Numbered from the stretch's first letter, positions 27,907 to 37,412 are shown. The stretch is 64,000 nt of DNA from Casimicrobiaceae bacterium (GCA_035541655.1 DATKMY010000155.1:9398-73397); one strand, 5' to 3'. Made by a program: numbers and translations. Notes: generated by a model not told the origin, from the sequence alone.

Positions 27907-28917
27907 ATGCGGATGTCATACGACGCGGCGATGCTGCGTGAGGGCGAGATCGGCGCGAAGGCGCGGATTCGCCGTCCCGCGTCGATCGGCCGCGACATCG
28001 AAGAAATGTGGCGCTTTGCGCGCCGCACCGGGATTGCCGCGGAGTTGAAGCGGCTGCACCGTCCCCGGGTCCTGCGTTCACTCGCTGCGGCGGCGATGGA
28101 CTGGGCAATCATCGGTCTCGCCGCCGCTGCGACCTCGGAATTCGGCTGGGTTGCGGTGCCTTTCTCGCTGCTCGCGATCGGCAACCGACAGCGCGCGCTC
28201 GGTAATCTCCTGCACGATGCATCGCATCGGAGCTTCGACGCGCACCGCGGACGCGCGCGCCTGCTCGCGAATGTCCTCTTCTGCTGGCCGCTGTGGGAGT
28301 CGATATCGATCTATCGCCACGAGCACAATCGGCACCACAGGTTCCTCGGTGACGCCGCGCGCGATCCCGACTTCATCCAGGACGAAAGCCGGCTTTCCCG
28401 CGGCTGGCTGTCGGTCTGGCTCGATCAGATCCGCTCGCCGCGGATGATGCGCTCTTCTGCGTTCGCGCACATCGGTCGGATGAATGCGGCGTCGCACGTC
28501 GGTGCTGCCGGCTGGTGGGCGTGCACGCTTGCGCTGATCACCTTCCTTGCCGGCGCAAAGCAGGCGCTCGTCTTCCTCGCGTTGTGGGTGACCGCAAAAG
28601 TAACCGTCTTCCACGCGATCACCGCCTTTCGCGAAATCTCCGATCACGTTGGCCTCGACCGTGGATCCCTGATCGGGTTCAGTCGCAATCATCCTTTCAC
28701 GAGTTTCCTCGGCCAGATCTTTCATCCGCACAACAATGGTTACCATCTGCTGCATCATTTGGCGCCCGGCATGCCGTTTCATGCATTTCCGCGCGCGCAT
28801 GCGCTGATGCTGCGCTGGCCGAGATACGCGCAGGGCGAGCAGTGCGACTCCTATTTTTCGGGACCTCGAAGCGCCGTGCGCTCATGGGTGTGGCGGTGGG
28901 AGCCCGGCCGGAGCTAG
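27907..28917 (+). CDS. membrane fatty-acid-desaturase-family (di-iron, three His-box) protein
   Basis: His boxes HDASH, HEHNRHH and HLLHH with TM segments between them. AGGAG SD. The start is 27907 or 27913. Confidence 0.8.
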   Translation: MRMSYDAAMLREGEIGAKARIRRPASIGRDIEEMWRFARRTGIAAELKRLHRPRVLRSLAAAAMDWAIIGLAAAATSEFGWVAVPFSLLAIGNRQRALGNLLHDASHRSFDAHRGRARLLANVLFCWPLWESISIYRHEHNRHHRFLGDAARDPDFIQDESRLSRGWLSVWLDQIRSPRMMRSSAFAHIGRMNAASHVGAAGWWACTLALITFLAGAKQALVFLALWVTAKVTVFHAITAFREISDHVGLDRGSLIGFSRNHPFTSFLGQIFHPHNNGYHLLHHLAPGMPFHAFPRAHALMLRWPRYAQGEQCDSYFSGPRSAVRSWVWRWEPGRS

Positions 28918-29168
28918 AGCTGCCGCGATTCATCGATCAGCGCAGCGATCTCGGCAACGGAGTCGAAGCGTGCGGGATCGAATTCGATCCGCACGAAATC
29001 GACGCCGAACTCGGTCTCCAGAAACGTCACGATCTTGGCGACGGAGAGGGAGTCGAGACGCCCGCCGGCGACGAGCGATTCGGCGTCGCCGAATGGCTCG
29101 TGGTCGTCGTGCTCGGCGAGCAGATCGCGGAAAAATGTCTTGATCATCGCGCGTTCGGCTAGGTCCAT
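28914..29168 (-). CDS. free-standing acyl/peptidyl carrier protein
   Basis: 84 aa. Phosphopantetheine attachment motif GGRLDSLSVAKIV. Acidic helical protein. GGGAG SD. The stop overlaps the desaturase stop (CTAG). Confidence 0.8.
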   Translation of the reverse strand: MDLAERAMIKTFFRDLLAEHDDHEPFGDAESLVAGGRLDSLSVAKIVTFLETEFGVDFVRIEFDPARFDSVAEIAALIDESRQL

Positions 29169-29357
29169 GGATTCGCTCCCAGTATCTCGAGGACAAACGC
29201 TTTTTCGGCGCCCTCGCGGGTTCGGCGGCGGGAAGTGGAAGAAGAAATTGCGCAGGTCCGCGGCCGTGAACGTCGCGGAAAAGTCTCGATCGGCGGCGCG
29301 CGCCGCTGGTCGCGACGCACGCCCGCGCTGCAGCGCCGCAACGCCAGCGCGAGGGTT

Positions 29358-30953
29358 TCAGTCGAGGGGAGTTGCATCGGCCTTTGCGATTGCCTCCAGC
29401 CGCGCGATCAGCGCCTGGCGGTCGAGCTTCCCGGCGATGTTGCGCGGCAGCGCCGCAAGCTCGTAGATCGTTGCCGGTACCGAATGCGGCGGCAGCCGCC
29501 GCCGCAGCGCCGCGCGCATCTCTCCGGGGGGGACCGCGCCACCGGCGACGAACGCGACGATCGCCTTCGCGACACCGTTCTCCGAGGGCCACGCAACGGC
29601 CGCGACATCGCCGCCGCCGGCGATCGCGCGCAGGTGGGCCTCGACGTCCTCGAGCTCGACGCGATGCCCGTGGATCTTGATCTGATTGTCGATTCTCCCG
29701 AGGTGATGAAACGTCCCCGATGCGTCCTGCACCGCGAGATCACCCGTGAGATACCAGCGCTTGCCGTCGATCGACGGGAATCGCTCAGCCGTGAGTTGCG
29801 GCGCGCCGAGGTAGCCTAGCGCGAGCTGATCGCCGGCGATAGCGAGCTCGCCGACTTCTCCGCGGGGCAAGGCACGCCGATCGGGACCGAGAACGGCAAG
29901 CTCGATGCCGGGATGGGGCGTGCCGATCGCCAGAACGCCGCGCCCCGGCGTCACGATGGGCTCGGCGCCGGGGGCGACCCACTGGCCGACGCAATCGACG
30001 GTGACTTCGGTTGGGCCGTACAGGTTGTCGACCGCACTGTTCGGCGCAGCGGCTCGCCAGGCGATGACCGACGCGAGAGCGAGGGGCTCGCCGCCGAAGG
30101 AGCTGTAGCGCAAACCCGGAAGCGATCCTGGTTGCAGCGAGCGGGTATCGCGCATCCAACCGATCGCCGACGGAGCCGACCCCCAGATCGTCAGCCGCCG
30201 GTCACGGATGAATCGAGCCGGCGATGCCTGATTTACTGCGGGGACCACGTGCAGCGATGCGCCCGCTGCCCATGGAACGAAGATCTCTCCGACGGACGGG
30301 TCGAATGTGAGCTCAGTGAACTGCGACGCGCGATCCTCGGGTGTCATCGCCTTGCGCAGCGCGAGCGCCGCGAGATAGGCACCGAGCGAGCGCACCGTGA
30401 CCATGACGCCCTTCGGAACCCCGGTCGTTCCCGACGTGAAGATGACGTACGCAAGGTCGTCCTCGGACATCGGCGCGGGCTCCGAAAACTCGGCGTGGTC
30501 CGGCAACGAGTCGAGACTCAACACCGCCCTTTGCGCATCGTTCGGAAGCGCGCGCGCCGCATCGCGGGTCGGCACCGCGACGAGCTTCGTCGCAGCGAGC
30601 ACGGTATGGGTGGCGCAGGCAAGACCGCCTTCATCGACGATGATCGCGTCCAGCACAGTGAGCGAAAGAACGGACTTCAGGCGATCTTCGGGCCAGCGTC
30701 GGCCCAGCGGAACATAGGTCGCGCCCGCCCATGCAACGCCGAGCACCGCTTCGACGGCAACGAGGCTTCGGGAGGCGAGGATGCCAACACGGCTCCCCCG
30801 ACCGATGCCGCGATCCCGAAGCGCCGCGGCAAGCCGACCCGCGCGATGAACAAGCGCTGCATAGCTCAACTCGACGCCGTCCGCGAACAGCGCCAACCGG
30901 TCCGGGGAACGCCGACTTTGCGCGAGCACGGGACAGGCGGGATTCCAGTTCAT
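29358..30953 (-). CDS. stand-alone NRPS-type (DltA-like) adenylation enzyme
   Basis: 531 aa from ATG 30953. Core motifs seen: LAYVIFTSGTTGVPKGV (A3), FDPSVGEIF (A4), NLYGPTE (A5), GELAIAGDQLALGY (A6), YLTGD (A7), GRIDNQIKIHGHRVELEDVE (A8), LPPHSVP (A9), AGKLDR (A10). Confidence 0.85.
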   Translation of the reverse strand: MNWNPACPVLAQSRRSPDRLALFADGVELSYAALVHRAGRLAAALRDRGIGRGSRVGILASRSLVAVEAVLGVAWAGATYVPLGRRWPEDRLKSVLSLTVLDAIIVDEGGLACATHTVLAATKLVAVPTRDAARALPNDAQRAVLSLDSLPDHAEFSEPAPMSEDDLAYVIFTSGTTGVPKGVMVTVRSLGAYLAALALRKAMTPEDRASQFTELTFDPSVGEIFVPWAAGASLHVVPAVNQASPARFIRDRRLTIWGSAPSAIGWMRDTRSLQPGSLPGLRYSSFGGEPLALASVIAWRAAAPNSAVDNLYGPTEVTVDCVGQWVAPGAEPIVTPGRGVLAIGTPHPGIELAVLGPDRRALPRGEVGELAIAGDQLALGYLGAPQLTAERFPSIDGKRWYLTGDLAVQDASGTFHHLGRIDNQIKIHGHRVELEDVEAHLRAIAGGGDVAAVAWPSENGVAKAIVAFVAGGAVPPGEMRAALRRRLPPHSVPATIYELAALPRNIAGKLDRQALIARLEAIAKADATPLD

Positions 30954-31194
30954 GTCGTATACAACGGGCGGGCGCCAAGCGGCGGTTCGATGGTTCGGCG
31001 CAGCAAATATCGTGCAACCTCGCGGAAGCGACGACCCGACGGCCGAGTCGGCGTCCCGCACTCGAGGGATCGCGATCCGCAAGAGATGATTGTGCCGCCG
31101 ATCGACGACCGGCACGGCGAGTGGCGCGTCGACGTCGCCGTCGGCGGATCGCGGAAAGTGCGGAAATCGGCGGGTCGAGCGCTCGCCGTGGACA

Positions 31195-32706
31195 TCAAGA
31201 CTCGGCCGCGCGCAGCCGGCGCTTCGCAACTTCGAAGATTCGTCCGATCAGGGGCCAGAACAGCAGGATCAATGCCAGCGTGCTGATCGAGCCAACGAGC
31301 CCGTTCGACCAGAACACGCGCAGATCGCCCCCGGCGCCGATCATCGACAGTCGGAACGCGTCCTCGCTGCGGTTGCCGAGCACGAGGGCGAGCGTGAACG
31401 GCGCGAGCGGAACGCCGATCTTCTTGAACACGTACCCGACGACGCCAAAGAGCAGCATCAGCCAGACGTCGAACATCGCGTTCTGGATCGCGTATGCACC
31501 GATCGCGCACGACACGATGATCATCGGCGCGACCGCGGCGAACGGCACGCGCAGGATCGACGCGAAGATCGGCACGGTGGTGAGCACGATGACGAGGCCG
31601 ACAACGTTGCCGAGATACATCGACGCAATCACGGCCCATACGAAATCCTTGTGCTCGACGAAGAGCAGCGGTCCGGGATTCAGTCCCCAGACCATCAGCC
31701 CGCCCAGCAGGATCGCCGCGGTGCCCGAGCCGGGAATCCCGAGCGCAAGCATCGGCAGGAGCGCCGAAGTTCCCGAGGCGTGCGCGGCGGTTTCGGGCGC
31801 GAACACGCCTTCGATCCGCCCCGTGCCGAACGTCGACGGATTGCGGTCGAAGCGCTTCGCGAGGTTGTAGCCCATGAACGACGCGGCGATCGCCCCGCCG
31901 GGCGTGATGCCGAGCCAGCACCCGATCGCCGACGAGCGCAGGAGTGTGACCCAGTAGCGAGGCAGTTCCTTCCAGACCTGCAGCACGACCTTGAGCCTGA
32001 TCGACGCCGCATGGCCGCGCAGCGCGAGGCGCTCCTCCATGGTCAGCAGGATCTCGCTGATGCCGAAAAGCCCGATCACCGCAACCAGGAAGTTGACGCC
32101 CCGCAGGAGCGCGTCGAATCCGAACGTCATCCTCAGCTGACCCGAGACCGTATCCATGCCGACCGAAGCCAACAGCAATCCGAGCGTCATCGAGATGATC
32201 GTCTTGTGCTTCGCTTCGCGTCCCAGGCCGACGAACGAGCAGAAGGTCAGGAAATAGACCGCAAAGAACTCCGGCGGCCCGAAGCGCAGGGCGAACGATG
32301 CGATGCCTGGCGCGAGAAAGGTGATAAGGAGCACGGCGACCAGTGAGCCGATGAACGACGACGTGAACGCCGCGGTGAGCGCTTCCGCCGCCTTGCCCTG
32401 CTGCGCCATCGGGTAGCCGTCGAACGTCGTCGCGACCGACCAGGCTTCGCCGGGGATGTTGAAGAGGATCGACGTGATCGCGCCGCCAAAGAGCGCGCCC
32501 CAGTAGATGCAGGAGAGCATCACGATCGCCGCCGTCGGATCCATCGTGAACGTGAGCGGCAGCAGGATCGCCACGCCGTTCGGGCCGCCGAGGCCCGGCA
32601 GCACGCCGACGAAGACCCCGAGCAGCAGGCCGACCATCATCAGCGACAGCGTCTTCCACGTGATGAGGACCGCAAATCCGTGCAGCAGGAGGCTCAGCGC
32701 TTCCAT
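31195..32706 (-). CDS. tctA: tripartite tricarboxylate transporter large permease
   Basis: 503 aa polytopic protein with a typical TctA sequence (GVLPGLGGPNGVAILLP..., GIPGSGTAAILLG). Confidence 0.9.
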   Translation of the reverse strand: MEALSLLLHGFAVLITWKTLSLMMVGLLLGVFVGVLPGLGGPNGVAILLPLTFTMDPTAAIVMLSCIYWGALFGGAITSILFNIPGEAWSVATTFDGYPMAQQGKAAEALTAAFTSSFIGSLVAVLLITFLAPGIASFALRFGPPEFFAVYFLTFCSFVGLGREAKHKTIISMTLGLLLASVGMDTVSGQLRMTFGFDALLRGVNFLVAVIGLFGISEILLTMEERLALRGHAASIRLKVVLQVWKELPRYWVTLLRSSAIGCWLGITPGGAIAASFMGYNLAKRFDRNPSTFGTGRIEGVFAPETAAHASGTSALLPMLALGIPGSGTAAILLGGLMVWGLNPGPLLFVEHKDFVWAVIASMYLGNVVGLVIVLTTVPIFASILRVPFAAVAPMIIVSCAIGAYAIQNAMFDVWLMLLFGVVGYVFKKIGVPLAPFTLALVLGNRSEDAFRLSMIGAGGDLRVFWSNGLVGSISTLALILLFWPLIGRIFEVAKRRLRAAES

Positions 32707-32721
32707 GGCGAGGGTTCGCGG

Positions 32722-33243
32722 CTAGCGCCCGAACAGCGCTTCGAGCGGGCCCTTCGGCATCAGCACGTCGAAGGCGAGCTCGAACGTAAGAAACATCGCG
32801 AGCGAAAAGACGAAACCCGTGACGATCGACTTCCACCACGCGATCCGGCCGACGTAGCGCATGAAGCCCGCGATGAGCAGGAAGCTCGCGACATACAGGC
32901 CGAGCCATTGCATCGCGGCGCAGAAGAGGAGCGTCGGCACGAACACCTGCAGTACTCGGCGGAACGGCTCGCGCGCGACGAAGGTTCTCGCGCCGTCCGC
33001 GCGCTTGGCGATGGCGCTGACGAGCCCGAACAGCGAGGCCGCGCCGAGGATCCCGCAAAGATAGAAGGGCAGGTAGCCCGACTGGGGGCCGTCCTTCGCC
33101 CAGCCCGCGCCGCTCTTCACGTTGTCGTAGCCGAGGACGAGCGACAGCGCGATCAGCAGCAGATACGTGACGATCTCGACCGTGCCGATCGTCGCTACCG
33201 GCGGCGAGCGGCCTTCGGATTCGTGCGGTTCGACGTCGGCCAC
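32722..33243 (-). CDS. tctB: tripartite tricarboxylate transporter small membrane subunit
   Basis: Small 4-TM protein between tctC and tctA. The start is uncertain. Confidence 0.7.
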   Translation of the reverse strand: MADVEPHESEGRSPPVATIGTVEIVTYLLLIALSLVLGYDNVKSGAGWAKDGPQSGYLPFYLCGILGAASLFGLVSAIAKRADGARTFVAREPFRRVLQVFVPTLLFCAAMQWLGLYVASFLLIAGFMRYVGRIAWWKSIVTGFVFSLAMFLTFELAFDVLMPKGPLEALFGR

Positions 33244-33265
33244 CGCGAGAGGGTCGTCGGCGAGC

Positions 33266-34252
33266 CTACTTTTCGACGAACCCGGCTTCGATCATCAGGT
33301 TCTTGTTGAGCGCGTCCTCCTCTTCGAGGAAAGTCACCATGTCCTTGCCGGTGAGGAAGACGGGCTTGAGCGCCTGCTTTTCCATGTAATCCTTGTACTC
33401 GGGCGTCTGCGTAAGCTTCTTGAAGAGATCGGCATAGAACGCGGTGACTTCCGGCGATACCTTCCCGGGCAGGAACATCGCGCGGAGCATCAGGTACTGC
33501 ACGTCGAGCCCTTCCTCCTTGCACGTCGGGATGTCGCTCCACGACTGCGTGTCGGTAACCTTCGCCTTGTAGCTGATCCGCTCCGTGTCGAAGACGCAGA
33601 GCGCGCGCACCTGCCCCGCGCGCCAGACCTCGAGGTTTTCCGACGGGTTGTTGACGTTCGACGCCGTGTGATTGCCGACGAGCTGGGTGGCGGCCTCTCC
33701 GCCGGATTTGTACGGCAGGTACGCGAATTTCGCCCCGGTCTTCTTTTCGATGAACGCCGTGACGACCTGGTCTTCGCGCTTGCTGCCGGTGCCGCCCATC
33801 TTGAACGGCGGGTTGGCGGCCTTGGCGGCCGCGATGAACTCCTTGACGTTCTTGTACGGCAGTGTCGTGTTGTCCCACAGCACGAACTGGTCCATCGCGA
33901 TCACGGACACCGGCGTCAGATCGCGCCAATTGAACGGAATCTTCGCGGCGAGCGGCAGCATGTAGATGAGCGAGTACGCGATCAGCACCTTGTTGGGATC
34001 GCCATCGCTCGACTTCATGTACATCAGCGCTTCCGCACCCGATGCTCCGCCCTTGAGCGACACGACCATCGGTTGCTTCATCAGATTGTTCTTCTGGATG
34101 GCGGCCTGCATCATCCGCGCCATCTGATCGGAAGCGCCGCCTGCGCCGGCGGCAACGACGATCTCGACGGGCTTCGTCGGCTCCCACGCGGGGGCGCTCG
34201 CGCTTGCAAGCATCAGCGCCAGCGCGCACGCGCTCTTCGCGAATGCGTTCAT
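33266..34252 (-). CDS. tctC: Bug-family tripartite tricarboxylate transporter substrate-binding protein
   Basis: 328 aa. Signal peptide, then WEPTKPVEIVVAAGAGGASDQMARMM..., typical of Bug/TctC. Confidence 0.9.
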   Translation of the reverse strand: MNAFAKSACALALMLASASAPAWEPTKPVEIVVAAGAGGASDQMARMMQAAIQKNNLMKQPMVVSLKGGASGAEALMYMKSSDGDPNKVLIAYSLIYMLPLAAKIPFNWRDLTPVSVIAMDQFVLWDNTTLPYKNVKEFIAAAKAANPPFKMGGTGSKREDQVVTAFIEKKTGAKFAYLPYKSGGEAATQLVGNHTASNVNNPSENLEVWRAGQVRALCVFDTERISYKAKVTDTQSWSDIPTCKEEGLDVQYLMLRAMFLPGKVSPEVTAFYADLFKKLTQTPEYKDYMEKQALKPVFLTGKDMVTFLEEEDALNKNLMIEAGFVEK

Positions 34253-34420
34253 GCGTGCTCCTCCTGCGGGTGTTTCTTTCCTTTGAGCGGCATCTTATCC
34301 AGTTTCGCGTGGCCGTCGCAAGCGAGAGGCGCGGGGGCTCGCGACGATCATCGAGCCGGCGCCCGCAAGGCGCGGGCGCTATACTGCGATCGCACATCAT
34401 CGAAGCAGCCGAGACTCGCG

Positions 34421-35200
34421 ATGACCGATCTCATTGCCGTGACGCGCGACGGGCCGATCGCGACTGTCGTGCTGAACCGCCCCGAGAAGCTCAACGCGCT
34501 GACCATGGCGATGTGGGGCGACCTCGGCGCGACGATCGCGGCGCTATCCGCCGACGACGCGTTGCGCTGCGTGATCGTCCGCGGCGCCGGCGAGAAGGCG
34601 TTTTCGCCGGGCAACGACATCGGGGAGTTCGCGACCGCGCGCTCCAACAAGGCGCAGGCGATCGAGTACGGACGGGCGATGCACGCGACGGCGAAAGAGC
34701 TCGCCGCATGCAGGCATCCGCTCGTCGCGCAGATCCACGGCATCTGCGTGGGCGGCGGGCTCGAGCTCGCGGCTCTCTGCGACATCCGGATCTGCGGACA
34801 GTCGAGCCGGTTCGGCGCGCCGATCAAGAACCTCGGGCTTGTGATGGCGTATCCGGAGATGGCGCCGCTCGTTCGTCTCGTCGGTCCCGATGCCGCGCTC
34901 GAGATCCTGCTGGAGGGGCGGATCTTCGATGCGGCCGAGGCGAAGGAGAAGCGCCTGATCACGCGTGTGGTTGCCGACGATCAGGTCGCAGCCGAAGCGC
35001 TCGCGACCGCACAGCGAATCGCCGAGGGCGCGCCGCTCGTCGCGCGCTGGCACAAGCGCTTCGCGCGCCGGCTCGCCGATCCGCGCCCGCTCAGCGCCGC
35101 CGAATACGACGAGTGCTTCGACTGCTTCGACACCGAAGACTTCCGCATCGGCTATGCGGCGTTCCTCGCCAAGCAGAAGCCGACGTTCGTCGGGCGGTAG
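34421..35200 (+). CDS. enoyl-CoA hydratase/isomerase (crotonase) family protein
   Basis: 259 aa from ATG 34421. VLNRPEKLNAL...RGAGEKAFSPGNDI...ICVGGGLELAALCDIRI. Confidence 0.85.
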   Translation: MTDLIAVTRDGPIATVVLNRPEKLNALTMAMWGDLGATIAALSADDALRCVIVRGAGEKAFSPGNDIGEFATARSNKAQAIEYGRAMHATAKELAACRHPLVAQIHGICVGGGLELAALCDIRICGQSSRFGAPIKNLGLVMAYPEMAPLVRLVGPDAALEILLEGRIFDAAEAKEKRLITRVVADDQVAAEALATAQRIAEGAPLVARWHKRFARRLADPRPLSAAEYDECFDCFDTEDFRIGYAAFLAKQKPTFVGR

Positions 35201-35252
35201 CGGTGGCCTGCGGCGCGAGACGCGGCGGCGAAACCGGATCGCGATCGTCGAC

Positions 35253-36515
35253 GTGACCGACGCCGCCGCAGCACCGAGCTCTCACCCCGGGCCGCTCGCG
35301 GGCATGCGCGTGCTCGAGCTCGCGCAGATCATGGCCGGCCCCACCTGCGGAATGATGCTCGCCGACATGGGCGCCGACGTCGTCAAGGTCGAGAAGCTTC
35401 CCGGCGGCGACGACGTGCGCAGCTATCGCGAGCCGCTGGTGAACGGCGTCTCGGCACCGTTCATGATGCTCAACCGCAACAAGCGCGGGATCGCGGTGAA
35501 TCTGAAGCGCCCGCAAGGCCGCGAGATCCTGCTGCGCCTCGTCGCGACGGCAGACGTGCTCACCGAGAACTACCGGCGGGGCACGTTGGAGAAGCTCGGC
35601 CTCGGCTACGCCGTGCTCGCGAAGGTCAACCCGGGGCTCATCTACTGCGCGGTGTCGGGGTATGGACGCGACGGACCGCTCGCCGACAAGGGCGGTTTCG
35701 ACCTGATCGCACAGGGGTTCTCCGGGCTGATGTCGATCACCGGCGAGCCCGGCCGCGAGCCGGTCAAGAGCGGCAGCCCCGTCGCCGACATCAATGCCGG
35801 GATTCTCGCCGCCACCGGAATCGCTGCTGCGTACGCGCACAAGCTCAGGACAGGCCAGGGGCAGATCGTCGACACCTCGCTGCTCGAGGCCGCGCTGCAG
35901 CAGACCTACTGGCACGCTGCAATCGCGTTCGCTACGGGGAACTCGCCGGGGCCGAGCGGCTCGGCGCACCTGCTGACCGCGCCCTATCAGGCGTTCCGGG
36001 CAAGCGACGGCTGGATCAACATCGGCGGCGCGAACCAGGCAAACTGGGAGCGGATTGCCGAAGTGCTCGGGCATCCGGAATGGCGCGAAGACCCGCGCTT
36101 CGCGACCAACTCGGCGCGCATGGCGAACCTCGACGACCTCGTGGCGAGAATGAACACCGTGCTCGCTACGCGAACGAACGGCGAATGGATCGCCGCGTTC
36201 GACGCTGCCGGCGTTCCGGTGGGCCCTGTCCACACGGTCGACGACGCGCTCGCGCATCCGCAGACGTTGGCGCGTGGAATGGTCGTCGATCTGGTTCACC
36301 CGCAGGCCGGCGGGACAAAGGCGCTCGGCTGCCCGATCCACTTCTCGAAGACGCACACGCGGATCACGCGCGCTGCGCCGCTCTTGGGCGAGCACACGCG
36401 CGAGGTGCTGCGGGAGGCGGGTTACGAAGATGCCGAGATCGACGCGTTCGCCGCCGCGGGCGACGTCGAGTGTCGGCCGGCCGCACCGGTCACTGAAGGC
36501 GCCGCGAAGCGATAG
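35253..36515 (+). CDS. family III CoA-transferase (CaiB/BaiF)
   Basis: PLAGMRVLELAQIMAGPTCGMMLADMGADVVKVE... The start is set at GTG 35253 so that the conserved PLxGxRV segment is included. Confidence 0.85.
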   Translation: MTDAAAAPSSHPGPLAGMRVLELAQIMAGPTCGMMLADMGADVVKVEKLPGGDDVRSYREPLVNGVSAPFMMLNRNKRGIAVNLKRPQGREILLRLVATADVLTENYRRGTLEKLGLGYAVLAKVNPGLIYCAVSGYGRDGPLADKGGFDLIAQGFSGLMSITGEPGREPVKSGSPVADINAGILAATGIAAAYAHKLRTGQGQIVDTSLLEAALQQTYWHAAIAFATGNSPGPSGSAHLLTAPYQAFRASDGWINIGGANQANWERIAEVLGHPEWREDPRFATNSARMANLDDLVARMNTVLATRTNGEWIAAFDAAGVPVGPVHTVDDALAHPQTLARGMVVDLVHPQAGGTKALGCPIHFSKTHTRITRAAPLLGEHTREVLREAGYEDAEIDAFAAAGDVECRPAAPVTEGAAKR

Positions 36516-36781
36516 TACGCGCCGTTCAGATAACGCGCGACGTCGGCGACTTCCTCGTCGCTCCACGCGAGCCCGGTATTGCCGGCCCAGCGGCGCACCT
36601 GGCGCACGAGACCCGTCCAGTCGGTCGCGAGCTTCTGCTCCCGCCAATGGACTTCCTTGGTGTGGCACGCGATGCAATGCGTGTTGTAGAGCAGCTCCCC
36701 CCGCGACGCCGCCGGCGGAACCTGCGCGAGCGCCGTCGCAGCGATCGCGACGATGCATCCACACGACAACTTTGCGAACAT
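36422..36781 (-). CDS. small monoheme c-type cytochrome
   Basis: Signal peptide followed by the heme motif CIACH. The C-terminal approx. 30 codons overlap the convergent CoA-transferase gene and are low complexity. Confidence 0.6.
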   Translation of the reverse strand: MFAKLSCGCIVAIAATALAQVPPAASRGELLYNTHCIACHTKEVHWREQKLATDWTGLVRQVRRWAGNTGLAWSDEEVADVARYLNGAYYRFAAPSVTGAAGRHSTSPAAANASISASS

Positions 36782-36880
36782 CGATCGTAGCTCCGTGACC
36801 GGGTTGGGCGTTGCGCCGTGCCGAGCGCGCCGTCACCGATCATATCGCAGAGCGGCGCACCCGCACGGTAGACTTGCCGC

Positions 36881-37381
36881 ATGTCCGCCGCGGACAAAGG
36901 CGAGCGTGTGGTCGCCGCCTTCGAGGCGGCGAAGGGGTTGCTCGTCCTTTTCGTCGGATTCGGCCTGTTGGCCGTCGTCGACGAGGACACGCAGCGGCTC
37001 GCCGAAGAGCTCGTCCGCACCCTGCACCTGAACCCCGCGAAGCGCCTGCCGCGGATCTTTCTCGATGCCGCGGAGCGTGCCGCCGACGTCCGCCTGTGGA
37101 TGCTCGCCGCCTTGGCCTTCGGCTACTCGATGCTGCGACTCGCCGAAGCATACGGCCTCTGGTACGGCAAGCGCTGGGCGGAATGGTTCGCCGTCGCGAG
37201 CGGCGCCCTCTACGTGCCCTTCGAGGCTTATGCGCTATGGGAGCGCGCGACGTGGGTCAGGGCCGCGACGCTCAGCGCGAACGTCGCGATCGTCGCGTAT
37301 GTCGGTTTGACGCTGTGGCGGCGAATGCGCGAACGCGCGCCTCCGGCGCCGCACGGGCCGGCTCCTCCCGGAGCGTCGTAG
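36881..37381 (+). CDS. DUF2127 membrane protein
   Basis: RLAEAYGLWYGKRWAEWFAVASGALYVPFEAYAL is the hallmark region of DUF2127 as I recall it. Confidence 0.75.
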   Translation: MSAADKGERVVAAFEAAKGLLVLFVGFGLLAVVDEDTQRLAEELVRTLHLNPAKRLPRIFLDAAERAADVRLWMLAALAFGYSMLRLAEAYGLWYGKRWAEWFAVASGALYVPFEAYALWERATWVRAATLSANVAIVAYVGLTLWRRMRERAPPAPHGPAPPGAS

Positions 37382-37412
37382 CGACGTCGACCGAAGCCGC
37401 GCGACGCCCCGA

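Noticed and set aside
27608-27919. Minus-strand ORF across the 248-nt spacer between the aminotransferase and desaturase genes. The stretch ADNVDELPGILAVSNDSIRS (27749-27808) uses GC3-rich codons typical of real genes.
   Set aside because: The only in-frame ATG (27919) is antisense to the desaturase start and has no SD. The rest of the peptide is Ser/Arg/Ala-rich shadow-like sequence, and it overlaps the aminotransferase 3' end. It could be a decayed gene remnant, but I cannot support a call. BLASTX of 27659-27906 would settle it.
29159-29377. 72-aa ORF on the minus strand within the adenylation/carrier spacer.
   Set aside because: It is Arg-rich (RRCSAGVRRDQRRAPP...), overlaps the end of the adenylation gene, and has no SD. 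This is a typical high-GC spurious frame.
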